DNA of 32,000 nt from Caldivirga maquilingensis IC-167 (GCF_000018305.1 NC_009954.1:2045568-2077567); one strand, 5' to 3'. Shown: positions 10,193 to 18,697, counted from the stretch's first letter. Made by a program: numbers and translations. The notes: generated from the sequence alone by a model not told the origin.

Positions 10193-10440
10193 TTTGGAGC
10201 GCCAGAGTAGCGATAATATTAATACTGCATGCAATGATCATTAGTAATGCTGATACTACGATGCTTGTTTACCTACTCACTTAGAATTTGGACTGTCAGA
10301 GTCGAGGTAGTATTAATACTATCGCTACTCTGGCGCTCCAAAACTCAATGAGGAAGAAATTCATTGCCGGAATCATACAATTAGCATTCACTGTACATTA
10401 ACTTTAGTATTAATATTACCTCGACTCTGGCGCTCCAAAA
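10193..10440. repeat. Four copies of a ~34-bp motif arranged as forward ... forward/reverse ... reverse (MITE-like or foldback inverted repeats)
   Basis: L1 is 10193-10226 ('tttggagcgccagagtagcgataatattaatact'). R1 is 10309-10343, and its reverse complement differs from L1 at 1 position. L2 is 10287-10320 and R2 is 10406-10440, and they are also near-complementary. L2 and R1 share the palindrome 'agtattaatact' (10309-10320). Confidence 0.8.
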
Positions 10441-10550
10441 CTATGGTAACCTTGTTGATCGCGGAAGGGGCTAGGGGATTGTAATGAATTATCGTAAAAA
10501 CATAGGCTGGAGCTATGCATTATATGCCTAGTTAACTCATTAATATTAAG

Positions 10551-10632
10551 TCTCTGACCCCCTCCCCGCCCTAAAGGGCGAGGGTTCCGTTGGGGTCTCG
10601 GGTGTTACCCCCCCCCCCCCCTTTGTGGGGGC
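10551..10632. other. GC-rich structured island with a C14 homopolymer (possible small structured RNA; function unknown)
   Basis: An outer 6-bp stem (10556-10561 / 10592-10597) encloses the hairpin cgccc-taaa-gggcg (10567-10580). A C14 run (10608-10621) is followed by 'tttgt' and ggggg (10627-10631). The island contrasts strongly with the AT-rich flanks. Confidence 0.35.
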
Positions 10633-10735
10633 TACTTGATTATGATCAAAAAGGAATACCCCTAAACCATGTTGATGGATTCTTGAATTCAGACTCAGTG
10701 AGCATAGCCTACTACTAATGCTTGGTTTAAAGCCT

Positions 10736-11311
10736 CTATGGTGGGGGTGGTGCTGTGAAGACGTAGTATTGTTCATTCCCCTGAAGCTCCCTTATAATCC
10801 TCTCAACGATAAGCCTCTGCACATTAATCCCAATCCTATTCTTAAAGTCATCAAAGCTTTCAAAGGGCTTCTTAACCCTCTCCTCAAGCACCTGGTTAAG
10901 GGTCTTCTTACCAATACCCTTAAGTAATTCAAGACTATGTAGTTTTAATGTAAGTGGCCCGGCCTTATTAATCCAGTCTATGAAGAACTTCTCCCTAACC
11001 TTAACAATCTTCTCCACCACAGCCTCAAGCTCCTGCTTAGCCTGTGGCGTTAATTCATCGTACTTAAGCCTCCTAACAATCTTATTCACTTTATCCCTAA
11101 CCCCATTACCAATGTAAACCCTCTCCCCAATCTCCACAGTAGCCTCATGCTTAAGCGTAACCTCAAGAAGCGTGAAGTACTCCTCCCCAACAACCTGCAG
11201 GTAAGTGTCCCTCCTAGGGAAGCCCCTCCTAATAATCTCAGCCTCCTTCATTAAAGCCTCCTCAGGCGGTATTATGTCTAGGACGTAGGCGTAATCCTCC
11301 TTCCTAACCAC
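10736..11311 (-). CDS. DUF655-family HhH nucleic-acid-binding protein
   Basis: 191 aa with an N-terminal 'EDYAYVLD..' OB-like part and a C-terminal helix-hairpin-helix 'LELLKGIGKKT'. It lies directly downstream of the Rpo4/F-like gene, as in many archaea. Confidence 0.65.
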   Translation of the reverse strand: MVRKEDYAYVLDIIPPEEALMKEAEIIRRGFPRRDTYLQVVGEEYFTLLEVTLKHEATVEIGERVYIGNGVRDKVNKIVRRLKYDELTPQAKQELEAVVEKIVKVREKFFIDWINKAGPLTLKLHSLELLKGIGKKTLNQVLEERVKKPFESFDDFKNRIGINVQRLIVERIIRELQGNEQYYVFTAPPPP

Positions 11312-11317
11312 ACTTAA

Positions 11318-11665
11318 TCACCCTAACTTAGCCCTATGGGAGTTAAGGAGATCCACAATCTCCTTAAGATCCTCCTCCTTAAAGGGCCTCTTCTCAACAC
11401 TTATTATTGCCTGAAGCTCCTCAGGGGTTGAGGGCATAATGTTAACCACCTGAATAGCTGTAATCCTGGCTAAACCATACTTACTCGTCAACTCCTTAAT
11501 AAGGGCCTCAGCATCCTCAGGCTTAACCTTACTATACCTCCTAAGGTAATCCAGGGTAATGTTTATTACCTGTGACTCTAAGCCATACTTAGTTACAATA
11601 TCCTCAAGTAATCTAAGCGCCTCCGGGTTACTCACGTCAATGTAATCCTTAACTTTCCTAACCAC
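11318..11665 (-). CDS. rpoF: DNA-directed RNA polymerase subunit Rpo4/F
   Basis: 115-aa helical protein. Its size, its linkage to the DUF655 gene and the 'ITAIQVVNIMP..EELQAI' HRDC-like region fit Rpo4/F. Confidence 0.6.
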   Translation of the reverse strand: MVRKVKDYIDVSNPEALRLLEDIVTKYGLESQVINITLDYLRRYSKVKPEDAEALIKELTSKYGLARITAIQVVNIMPSTPEELQAIISVEKRPFKEEDLKEIVDLLNSHRAKLG

Positions 11666-11888
11666 ATGAGTTCACCGGAATAATGTTTATAAAGATTATT
11701 ACTGAGTAGCATGAGTCATAAAGTGTTTAAAGAATCCTTAACCTCATTTAATTAAAGCTTAGAACCCTATACAGTAGTGATTACCCTGGGCCAAGGGTGA
11801 GTGATATTAGGGAGAACTTATCATTAACATAACGCATAACTTACCCAGGAACATGTCAAGGCTTTATCGATATGCCTTATGTATTATT

Positions 11889-11922
11889 GAGACACTAATG
11901 TTTAAAAACCTAGCAGTGTCTC
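11889..11922 (+). promoter_or_regulatory. TATA box bracketed by a perfect 8-bp inverted repeat (candidate operator) upstream of the ZIP transporter gene
   Basis: 'gagacact' (11889-11896) and 'agtgtctc' (11915-11922) flank 'tgtttaaaaacc'. The TATA centre lies about 27 nt upstream of ATG 11933. Confidence 0.4.
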
Positions 11923-11932
11923 GTGGGTAGTT

Positions 11933-12772
11933 ATGGTTCCATTAATTGCATTGATTATGGGCCTTTACGCCGGCCTTACAGTCTACCTAGGCTTCTCCAT
12001 AGTGCTCCTCAGGAGGATAAGTATGCAGAGGTTAGGCTTCATGAATGCAATAGCTGGGGGATTATTGGGTTACCTTTTTGTGGAGCTGGCCATGGAGCTA
12101 GTTGAGAAATCCGAAGAGTTAGCCAGTGAGGGACTCTGGTGGGACTACACAGTGTTCATCATAACCACGAGCATATCGTTACTCTGCACACTGGCTCTTC
12201 TCTCATACATAGAGAGGCGCATAAAGAGGAATAAGGCCTCATGGTCAAGGCTGGGGTATAGGCTTGACCCATCATCCCTGAGCACCCTGTTGGCTGTGGG
12301 TTTAGGCATACATAACCTCGGTGAGGGTTTAGGCATAGGCTCCGCGCTAGCGTTAACCAACCTGGGTCTGGCTGCATTATTATCCATAGGCTTTGCAGTA
12401 CATAACGCAACAGAGGGCTTCGCCATATCTGCACCCCTATTAGCCAGCAGGGTGATTAATGATAGTGGAGACACTGATGCAAAGTATCCCCTAAACCTAC
12501 CCAGGAGATTACTCGTACTTGGTGCAGTGGCCGGGTTACCCACAACAATAGGGGCCTTGGCGTTATCCGCCGTGAAACCCAACGAGTTGTTGATAATGAA
12601 TGCTTTAGCAGTATCATCAGCCTCAATAATCTACGCCACATTTAACGTAAGCATATCAGCCCTAGGTCAACTAAAGGAGGAACCTTTCAAGTTCTGGCTA
12701 GGCATATTCCTGGGTGTAGTGTTAGCCATATTAGTGGAGACTATCCTAGCCATACTCAACATAAATATTTAG
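11933..12772 (+). CDS. ZIP-family divalent metal (Zn/Fe) transporter
   Basis: 279 aa and polytopic. 'GLGIHNLGEGLGIG' and 'AVHNATEGFAI' are HNxxEG metal-site motifs. Confidence 0.8.
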   Translation: MVPLIALIMGLYAGLTVYLGFSIVLLRRISMQRLGFMNAIAGGLLGYLFVELAMELVEKSEELASEGLWWDYTVFIITTSISLLCTLALLSYIERRIKRNKASWSRLGYRLDPSSLSTLLAVGLGIHNLGEGLGIGSALALTNLGLAALLSIGFAVHNATEGFAISAPLLASRVINDSGDTDAKYPLNLPRRLLVLGAVAGLPTTIGALALSAVKPNELLIMNALAVSSASIIYATFNVSISALGQLKEEPFKFWLGIFLGVVLAILVETILAILNINI

Positions 12773-13639
12773 CCCCACCCAGGATCACCTCAATATTATT
12801 TACCATCTTCTTAACCAATCCATGGGCAGTATCCTCGCCCAGAAGTAATCTTCACGCATAACCTTACTCCTAAGGTTCCTCATAATAATAAATAATTATG
12901 CTAACCATACTCTTTATATTTACATAGGAAAACCTGTAAACAGCAATTGAATACGCAGGCTACTCAGCAATCAATTACATTACTGAGTAATGTCTTAATC
13001 CTCGTCATAGGCCCTCCTCTCTACTGGCTCGTTTCCTCTAGCTCCTCAATGCGTCAACCACTTCATGGAGTATACCCGTAGTAAACCCTTCTCGATGACA
13101 CTTTCTGGTATCCTAAACTCCCAAGCCACTGTCTTGAGGACGTAAACATTACCCATTAGTGTGAACCTCCTCTTAACCATCAATAAGCTTTAAATTACCT
13201 TCATATCCACAGTGGAGGTACTTAGCTAATGTCGTTAACCCTGATTACATCGGATTCTCTGACCATACTTAATCAAGTACTTGGTACCTCCATGCATTAG
13301 TGGTGTAATTAGGTAAATCCTGATCCTTGAGTAACTGATGCATTATGCTAAGACGTTGAGTGGTAATGATTCATCAATATCACTTAAGCCCGTAACCTCA
13401 CTGATTAATTGCCTGACCCTGACTTGTCCAGGTTTATAATTAAGAATATATGATGAGGATAAGATAGTTAACATCATAAATCGTGTTCAGTGGCTTCCCT
13501 GTGGTAATTCTGATGGGCTTTAATGTTACTGTTAGGCCTGCGTCTTGAGCATAGTTAATGGTGAGGAAGAATCCAAGCCCTAGCTCTAACGGGTCTAGGT
13601 GATTCCCACCTAGTTTTAAGGTGGTGAGGGAGCCAGTTC

Positions 13640-13646
13640 TTTTAAA
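13640..13646 (+). promoter_or_regulatory. TATA-like box for the oxidoreductase operon
   Basis: 'ttttaaa' is centred about 27 nt upstream of ATG 13670. Confidence 0.3.
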
Positions 13647-13669
13647 CCTACTACTCTTTAACTTAACTA

Positions 13670-15400
13670 ATGGTTGATCAGGGTCAGGGACGATTAAGTA
13701 ACCCGGTAATGTTAAGTAGTCCGAGGACTGGTGAGGTTAGGGGGTTTATTTGCTGTGAGTGGTGGTGTAGTGGTTACTGGCTTAGTAATGGTGCATTGAA
13801 TCAATGTGAAGGACGGGTTAATGCTCAATCCCGCTTAATGGGCTTCTTAAGCGGCTTAGCTAGGCCATCAGTATTGCCTAGGAGTAGGCTTGTTAAGGTT
13901 GCGTGGCCCATTGCTACCAGGTTCGCTAAGGGTATGAGGCATGTTGATGCGTCTCAGCTCCCTGAGCCGCCTAAGGCTAAGTTGATTAATGTTGTAACCG
14001 ATGTACTGGTGATTGGTGGTGGGTTAAGTGGCTTGGTTACGGCTATGGAGTTGAGTAGGCTTGGGTTAAAGGTGACTATTGTTGAGGGGAATAGTGAATT
14101 AGGTGGTAGGATTGCTGAATTAGAGGGTCAGGGTAAGTTCAAGGTTTCCGACTACGTTAATGAGGCTAAGGCTAAACTCACTGATGGGGTGTTAACGGGG
14201 GTTGTGTTTGATGGTTTCCTTGAGGATGCGGCCATTGGGCATTCATTAGATGGGGGTAGTCTACTTGAATTCAACTATAAGGTTCTCGTATTGGCCACTG
14301 GGTCTAGGGAAGTCCCCCTGGTTTTTCCAGGCAACTATAAGGTACCCATGTATACTGGTTTAACCTACCTTAAACTGGTTAAGGCTGGTGTTATTAAGGG
14401 TGAACCAATACTGTATGGTACCGATGAGTGGGGTCTTGGGGTTGCTAGGGAATTAATTAGACTTGGCTTGAATCCACTTGTCATGGATCACGCCATACAG
14501 CCCAGGACAGGTAGGCTTAATGACTTGAAGGATTTAAGAACATTAATGGGCGCCTACATAAGTGGTGTCGAGGTTGAGGGAACTAGGTTTAGGTTAAGGT
14601 ACCAAATCCCTGAGGGCCCTAAGAAATTCACCACTGGTGAAGCCACTGGTGATGCATTAATCTCCACAGTCAGGGTGCCTGCAGTGGAGCTTCTTGCTCA
14701 ATTAGGCGCTGAATTAGTTTATGATGTTGTGCTTGGTGGTATAGTGCCTAGGCATAAGTGGGGTGGGGAGGTTATTGGGTTGAGGAATGTGTACGTTGTC
14801 GGTGAGGTCACTGGAATGATACCATTATCCGTTATTCCACTTCAAGCTAAGGCCGTTGCCTACTCAATAGCAGCCACATACGGCCTAGTTAAACCTGAGG
14901 AGGCTGATAAGGCTATTGCTGAGTTTAAGAATGCATTAGTAACCAGTAACCCAGCTGCCTTAGATGCCTTTAATAGGCTTGAGAAGGGTCTTCACGATGT
15001 GGGTTACTTCCAGGAACCAAATGTACCAGAGGTGCCTCAATGGGCTAGTGACTGGTACTTCCTGGATAAGGCTGATGACCAGTTAATATGCTTCTGCGAG
15101 GATGTTTCACTAGGTGACTTACTTAGGGTTACTAGGGAATTCCTGGGGTTGAAGGAGATTAAACTGTATATTCTTCACGATGAGGTTCCAAAGCGCCGTG
15201 AACTCAAGATGCCTAGGATGGAGTACATTAAGAGGGCCACCGGGTTAGGTACGGGTGCATGCCAGGGTAAATTATGCATGGTTACCGCTAACCTAATACT
15301 GGCTAGGTTAATGAGGAGGAAGCCCTATGAATTCGGGCTCTTTAGGCAGAGGCCTCCATTGAATCCAATACCCATGGGTACACTGGGTGATGCGGAGTGA
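13670..15400 (+). CDS. FAD/NAD(P)-binding oxidoreductase alpha subunit with a BFD-like [2Fe-2S] motif (proline dehydrogenase / opine oxidase / sarcosine oxidase-alpha-like)
   Basis: It has the dinucleotide fold 'VLVIGGGLSGLVTAMEL...VEGNSELGGR' and a C-terminal 'CFCEDVS...GTGACQGKLC' motif. The first ~56-88 aa are atypical, and alternative in-frame starts exist at 13838 and 13934. Confidence 0.7.
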   Translation: MVDQGQGRLSNPVMLSSPRTGEVRGFICCEWWCSGYWLSNGALNQCEGRVNAQSRLMGFLSGLARPSVLPRSRLVKVAWPIATRFAKGMRHVDASQLPEPPKAKLINVVTDVLVIGGGLSGLVTAMELSRLGLKVTIVEGNSELGGRIAELEGQGKFKVSDYVNEAKAKLTDGVLTGVVFDGFLEDAAIGHSLDGGSLLEFNYKVLVLATGSREVPLVFPGNYKVPMYTGLTYLKLVKAGVIKGEPILYGTDEWGLGVARELIRLGLNPLVMDHAIQPRTGRLNDLKDLRTLMGAYISGVEVEGTRFRLRYQIPEGPKKFTTGEATGDALISTVRVPAVELLAQLGAELVYDVVLGGIVPRHKWGGEVIGLRNVYVVGEVTGMIPLSVIPLQAKAVAYSIAATYGLVKPEEADKAIAEFKNALVTSNPAALDAFNRLEKGLHDVGYFQEPNVPEVPQWASDWYFLDKADDQLICFCEDVSLGDLLRVTREFLGLKEIKLYILHDEVPKRRELKMPRMEYIKRATGLGTGACQGKLCMVTANLILARLMRRKPYEFGLFRQRPPLNPIPMGTLGDAE

Positions 15401-16560
15401 TTAGGCGAGTGGTGCATAGTGCTGATGTAGTAGTCGTTGGGGGCGGTGTTGTTGGCTTAGCCACAGCCTATAATTTAGCTAAGAGGGGGGTTAAGGTTGC
15501 GTTAGTGGATAGGGGGGTTATTGGTGGTGGTAGTTCAACGAGAAACGCCTCAAGGTTCAGGGTTCAGTTTGGGAATAGGGAGAACACTAGGTACGCCATT
15601 GAGGCTGTGAGGGAGTTAATGAGGATTAGGAGTGAGTTAAACTGGAACCCAATGATAAGGAGGGGTGGGTACCTTTGGTTATTTAGGAGTAGTGAAGCCA
15701 TGAGGAGCTTCGAGGAGATTAATAACAGTATTTGGAAGCCCCTTGGTGCATCAGTTAAGTTAATGGATAGTGGGGAATTAGCTAACAAGTACCCTTACAT
15801 TAATAGTAAGCTTTACGTTGGAGCAGCCTTTGGGCCTCAGGACGGTGAACTGCACCACGACTACTTAATGTACGGGTACTTGAGTAGGCTTAGGGAAATG
15901 GGGGCGTTGATAATTGATGAGACTCCTATCAATAAGATAAGTGTGGTTAACGGTGAGGTTAAGGGTGTTGAGGGTATTGGTGCTGTGGTTAATGCTAAGA
16001 CAGTCATCGTCACTGCTGGTGCATGGAGTGGTGAAATACTTAAGACAGCTGGTGTTGAATTACCCATTAACGCAATTAGGAAGGAAATAGGCATAACAGC
16101 ACCAGTGAGGTTCTTCATTGAACCCTCACTAATAATAGACACACATACCAACGCCTACTTCGGCCAGACCCTGAGGGGTGAGATCATTGGATCCATTGAG
16201 GTTAATGAGGAGCCTGGGCTTAAACCCTTCAATAACACGCTTAAGTGGTTGAGGGCTTGGGCTAAGGCAATGAGCGAAGTTATGCCTGCATCAAGGAGAA
16301 TACCCTTAATGAGGATTTGGTCAGGCTACTACGAGGTGACTCCAGATAACAGCCACATTATGGGTAGGCTCGACTCATGGCCAAGGGGACTATACGTTGC
16401 AGCAGGCTTCAGTGGGCATGGTTTAATGTTTGGTCCATTAACCGGTAGGTTAATGGCTGATTACGTGCTCGATGGTAAGGTAAGCCCCATAATGGAGCCA
16501 TTCCTACCTGACAGGTTAAGTAAGGGTAAGTTGATAAAGGAGCATTTAGTGATTGGTTAA
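15397..16560 (+). CDS. FAD-dependent oxidoreductase beta subunit (DAO family; sarcosine oxidase-beta / L-proline dehydrogenase-like)
   Basis: 387 aa with 'VVVVGGGVVGLATAYNLAKRG..V.LVD' and a C-terminal 'GFSGHGLM' motif. Its GTG start overlaps the upstream stop by 4 nt (gtga), indicating translational coupling. Confidence 0.8.
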   Translation: MIRRVVHSADVVVVGGGVVGLATAYNLAKRGVKVALVDRGVIGGGSSTRNASRFRVQFGNRENTRYAIEAVRELMRIRSELNWNPMIRRGGYLWLFRSSEAMRSFEEINNSIWKPLGASVKLMDSGELANKYPYINSKLYVGAAFGPQDGELHHDYLMYGYLSRLREMGALIIDETPINKISVVNGEVKGVEGIGAVVNAKTVIVTAGAWSGEILKTAGVELPINAIRKEIGITAPVRFFIEPSLIIDTHTNAYFGQTLRGEIIGSIEVNEEPGLKPFNNTLKWLRAWAKAMSEVMPASRRIPLMRIWSGYYEVTPDNSHIMGRLDSWPRGLYVAAGFSGHGLMFGPLTGRLMADYVLDGKVSPIMEPFLPDRLSKGKLIKEHLVIG

Positions 16561-16565
16561 ATACA

Positions 16566-16865
16566 CTACTTATTCTCCTCAGGCTTAGGTTCATTGGTCT
16601 TGGCCTCCCTAGCCTTAGTAGCCTTGGCCTCATTCTCAATAATCCTTAGGTAATACTCAATCTCAGGTATATTATACTTCTTAGCCACCTCCATACCGTA
16701 GTCAGCAATCTCCCTATACTCATCCTCACTCTCCTTAATCATTAACCTAGCCGTATACACCACGCACTCCGTTAACTTCTCCTTGAACTTAAGCTGATTA
16801 ACCGCATTATTAGCCTTAACAGCCCCCTCAAGTTTAACCTCCCACTTCCTACAGGGATTAACCAT
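16566..16865 (-). CDS. Hypothetical protein with a Lys/Glu-rich C-terminus
   Basis: 99-aa ORF with protein-like composition. I recognise no family. Confidence 0.4.
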   Translation of the reverse strand: MVNPCRKWEVKLEGAVKANNAVNQLKFKEKLTECVVYTARLMIKESEDEYREIADYGMEVAKKYNIPEIEYYLRIIENEAKATKAREAKTNEPKPEENK

Positions 16866-16959
16866 GGTAAGTCCACTTCCCGGGGTTTTAATAAGCTTTA
16901 AATTAAGACACCCCTTAACTAAAATGCGCCCACCCTCAATTTAAGTTAAAATAATCCTA

Positions 16960-17382
16960 TTAATAAGGTGCGTTAAGACTATTGTTAAGTAAGTCAGCTA
17001 TCACGGCCTTTGCATCATTACTATGCATTACCACATCTTTAAGCACCTTAACTGCATCGATTAGGCGTAAATCCTGCATAAGCCTCATTTGATTATAAAT
17101 CACTGAGTAATACCGCATACCACTAACCCTACTAGGGCTTACTAATGTAAACACCAGTGTCCTTAAACCCAACTTAGCGCTCACTGTTACTGAGCCGTCA
17201 TTAAATATTGTAACGTTCATTGGTGCATCACCCCATCCAGGATGCCTTTGCAGAACAAGCTCCATTACTCTTAAGACACCATCAACGTTACCATCATTAA
17301 TAGCTAATTTAGCATACTGCCCACTGAGTATCATTTCAACAGTACCCACTATTACTGCATTATTAACAATGTTATCCACCAT
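16960..17382 (-). CDS. Hypothetical protein
   Basis: 140-aa ORF. I recognise no family. Confidence 0.4.
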   Translation of the reverse strand: MVDNIVNNAVIVGTVEMILSGQYAKLAINDGNVDGVLRVMELVLQRHPGWGDAPMNVTIFNDGSVTVSAKLGLRTLVFTLVSPSRVSGMRYYSVIYNQMRLMQDLRLIDAVKVLKDVVMHSNDAKAVIADLLNNSLNAPY

Positions 17383-17547
17383 GAAATCACCAATACTAGT
17401 AGGTTTTAAAATATGGGAGTTATCTTCTTAATTCCATTAATGGTTTTTAATTCATTAGAGGATTAAGCTAACGGAGGGGGCTTACGCTTTAGGATTGGTA
17501 GATTCATTGTCTTTAATTATGGTGTAATTATTATGGAGAGGCGTGGT

Positions 17548-18603
17548 TCACCTCTCCTTGAGTATACTAATGCCCTTAAGGTAATAGCCGACTTCCCCAT
17601 TCTTAATATGCATGTTCCCGAATTCTATTCCAAGTTCAATATCAACCATGGTTAAGTTCTCTAGGTAAGCCTTATCCTTAATTGGGTAATTTGGTAAGCC
17701 TGTCCCGCATTTCTCATTGGGTACGAATTGAAGGATTGCATTTAAGAATGGGGCTAACTGAAATTCAACCGTTGCAGCCCTCCATCCACCAGCTATTGTA
17801 GTGTTGCCGGTGTCCTGTGGTACTACTGCGACGTAAGTCCATGGGAAGTTACATGAGACTAATACTGCCCAAGTCACATTACTATAAACACCATTAACTA
17901 TGATTGGTATTTTAGTCTCCCCAACCTTAGCCCATGTTATGCCGGTGTTATTGAAGAATAACCAAATCATCAACTCTAAGTCAGGTTTAGTAACAGTCCC
18001 AACTTCGCTTGGATTATGCAGTATCCAAATATCGAAGGCGAAGTCCTCCGGGAATGTGCTTGGTGAATACGCCACTGAGTAAGTTAACTTAATCCAATCA
18101 TAACCGCCACCATTAGGTTGAAGCAGTTCACTAATCTTAGCTGGTAATGTTAAATTAGGATTACGTAGATTGTAAACTGGGTAACCATCCCAAGGCTTGT
18201 AACCAACAATTATTATTTCAGGGTAAGCCCATTGAGCAACCCCCTTATCCTGAACATTAGTGAAGTTACCGTAGTAGCATAATGAGCCGTTTAATGGATT
18301 AAAGGCTAAGTAGGATACACCATTGAAGGAAGCCACATTGTAGAGGTTATTCTCAATCCTGTAACTCAACCTAACGTCACTTAATGTAGTTACATACCTA
18401 GACAAGTATGCTTGCGAGGCACTGGTTGAGATTAACGTAATGTTAAACTGACTTGAACGACATAGGTTAATTAACGCAGTCATATTAATGGGTAGCTCCT
18501 GAGCCTGGCTCACTGAGGGCTTATGAATTAAAAGCAACGCACCTACACCTATTATCACCAGTACCACTATTATTACAGTCACTGTGATTAACTTAGTGTT
18601 CAT
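17548..18603 (-). CDS. Membrane-anchored glycoside hydrolase family 12-like protein (endoglucanase-like)
   Basis: There is an N-terminal TM helix. 'AYPEIIIVGYKPW', 'FDIWIL', 'ELMIWLFF' (the E-x-M-I-W nucleophile motif) and 'ELGIEFG' (the second catalytic Glu context) resemble GH12. The protein has many N-x-S/T sequons. Confidence 0.6.
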   Translation of the reverse strand: MNTKLITVTVIIVVLVIIGVGALLLIHKPSVSQAQELPINMTALINLCRSSQFNITLISTSASQAYLSRYVTTLSDVRLSYRIENNLYNVASFNGVSYLAFNPLNGSLCYYGNFTNVQDKGVAQWAYPEIIIVGYKPWDGYPVYNLRNPNLTLPAKISELLQPNGGGYDWIKLTYSVAYSPSTFPEDFAFDIWILHNPSEVGTVTKPDLELMIWLFFNNTGITWAKVGETKIPIIVNGVYSNVTWAVLVSCNFPWTYVAVVPQDTGNTTIAGGWRAATVEFQLAPFLNAILQFVPNEKCGTGLPNYPIKDKAYLENLTMVDIELGIEFGNMHIKNGEVGYYLKGISILKER

Positions 18604-18697
18604 AGGTTTTAAGACTTGGTTAAGTGTTTATAAGTAGTAATTATTCAAAACTTCAATAAGATGGTACATGAGGTAGGTTTTTCGCTTTCAACTAAGC

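Noticed and set aside
10193-10440. The possibility that the inverted-repeat quartet is a replication origin (ORB-like boxes flanking an AT-rich unwinding element)
   Set aside because: The repeat ('..ctctggcgctccaaaac') matches the crenarchaeal ORB/mini-ORB consensus only loosely, as I recall it (..tCCAgtGGAAAc..). No orc1/cdc6 gene is adjacent. I keep it as an unexplained repeat rather than an origin call.
10551-10632. tRNA or tRNA fragment (possible att site) in the GC-rich island
   Set aside because: I could not build a T-arm (GTTCRANYC), a 7-nt anticodon loop or an acceptor stem on either strand.
10546-10927. ORFs 10546..10776 (-) and 10718..10927 (+)
   Set aside because: The first runs through the GC-rich island and the C14/G14 tract (poly-Gly) and overlaps the end of the DUF655 gene. 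The second is antisense to the DUF655 gene. Neither has protein-like composition.
12145-12641. Three minus-strand ORFs (12145..12582, 12159..12434, 12456..12641)
   Set aside because: All are antisense to the well-supported ZIP transporter gene and are therefore shadow ORFs.
13450-13513. Candidate C/D box sRNA ('atgatga' at 13450-13456 ... 'ctga' at 13510-13513, 64 nt apart)
   Set aside because: There are no convincing internal D'/C' boxes at the expected 12-nt guide spacing, and there is no terminal complementarity. The boxes are short enough to occur by chance.
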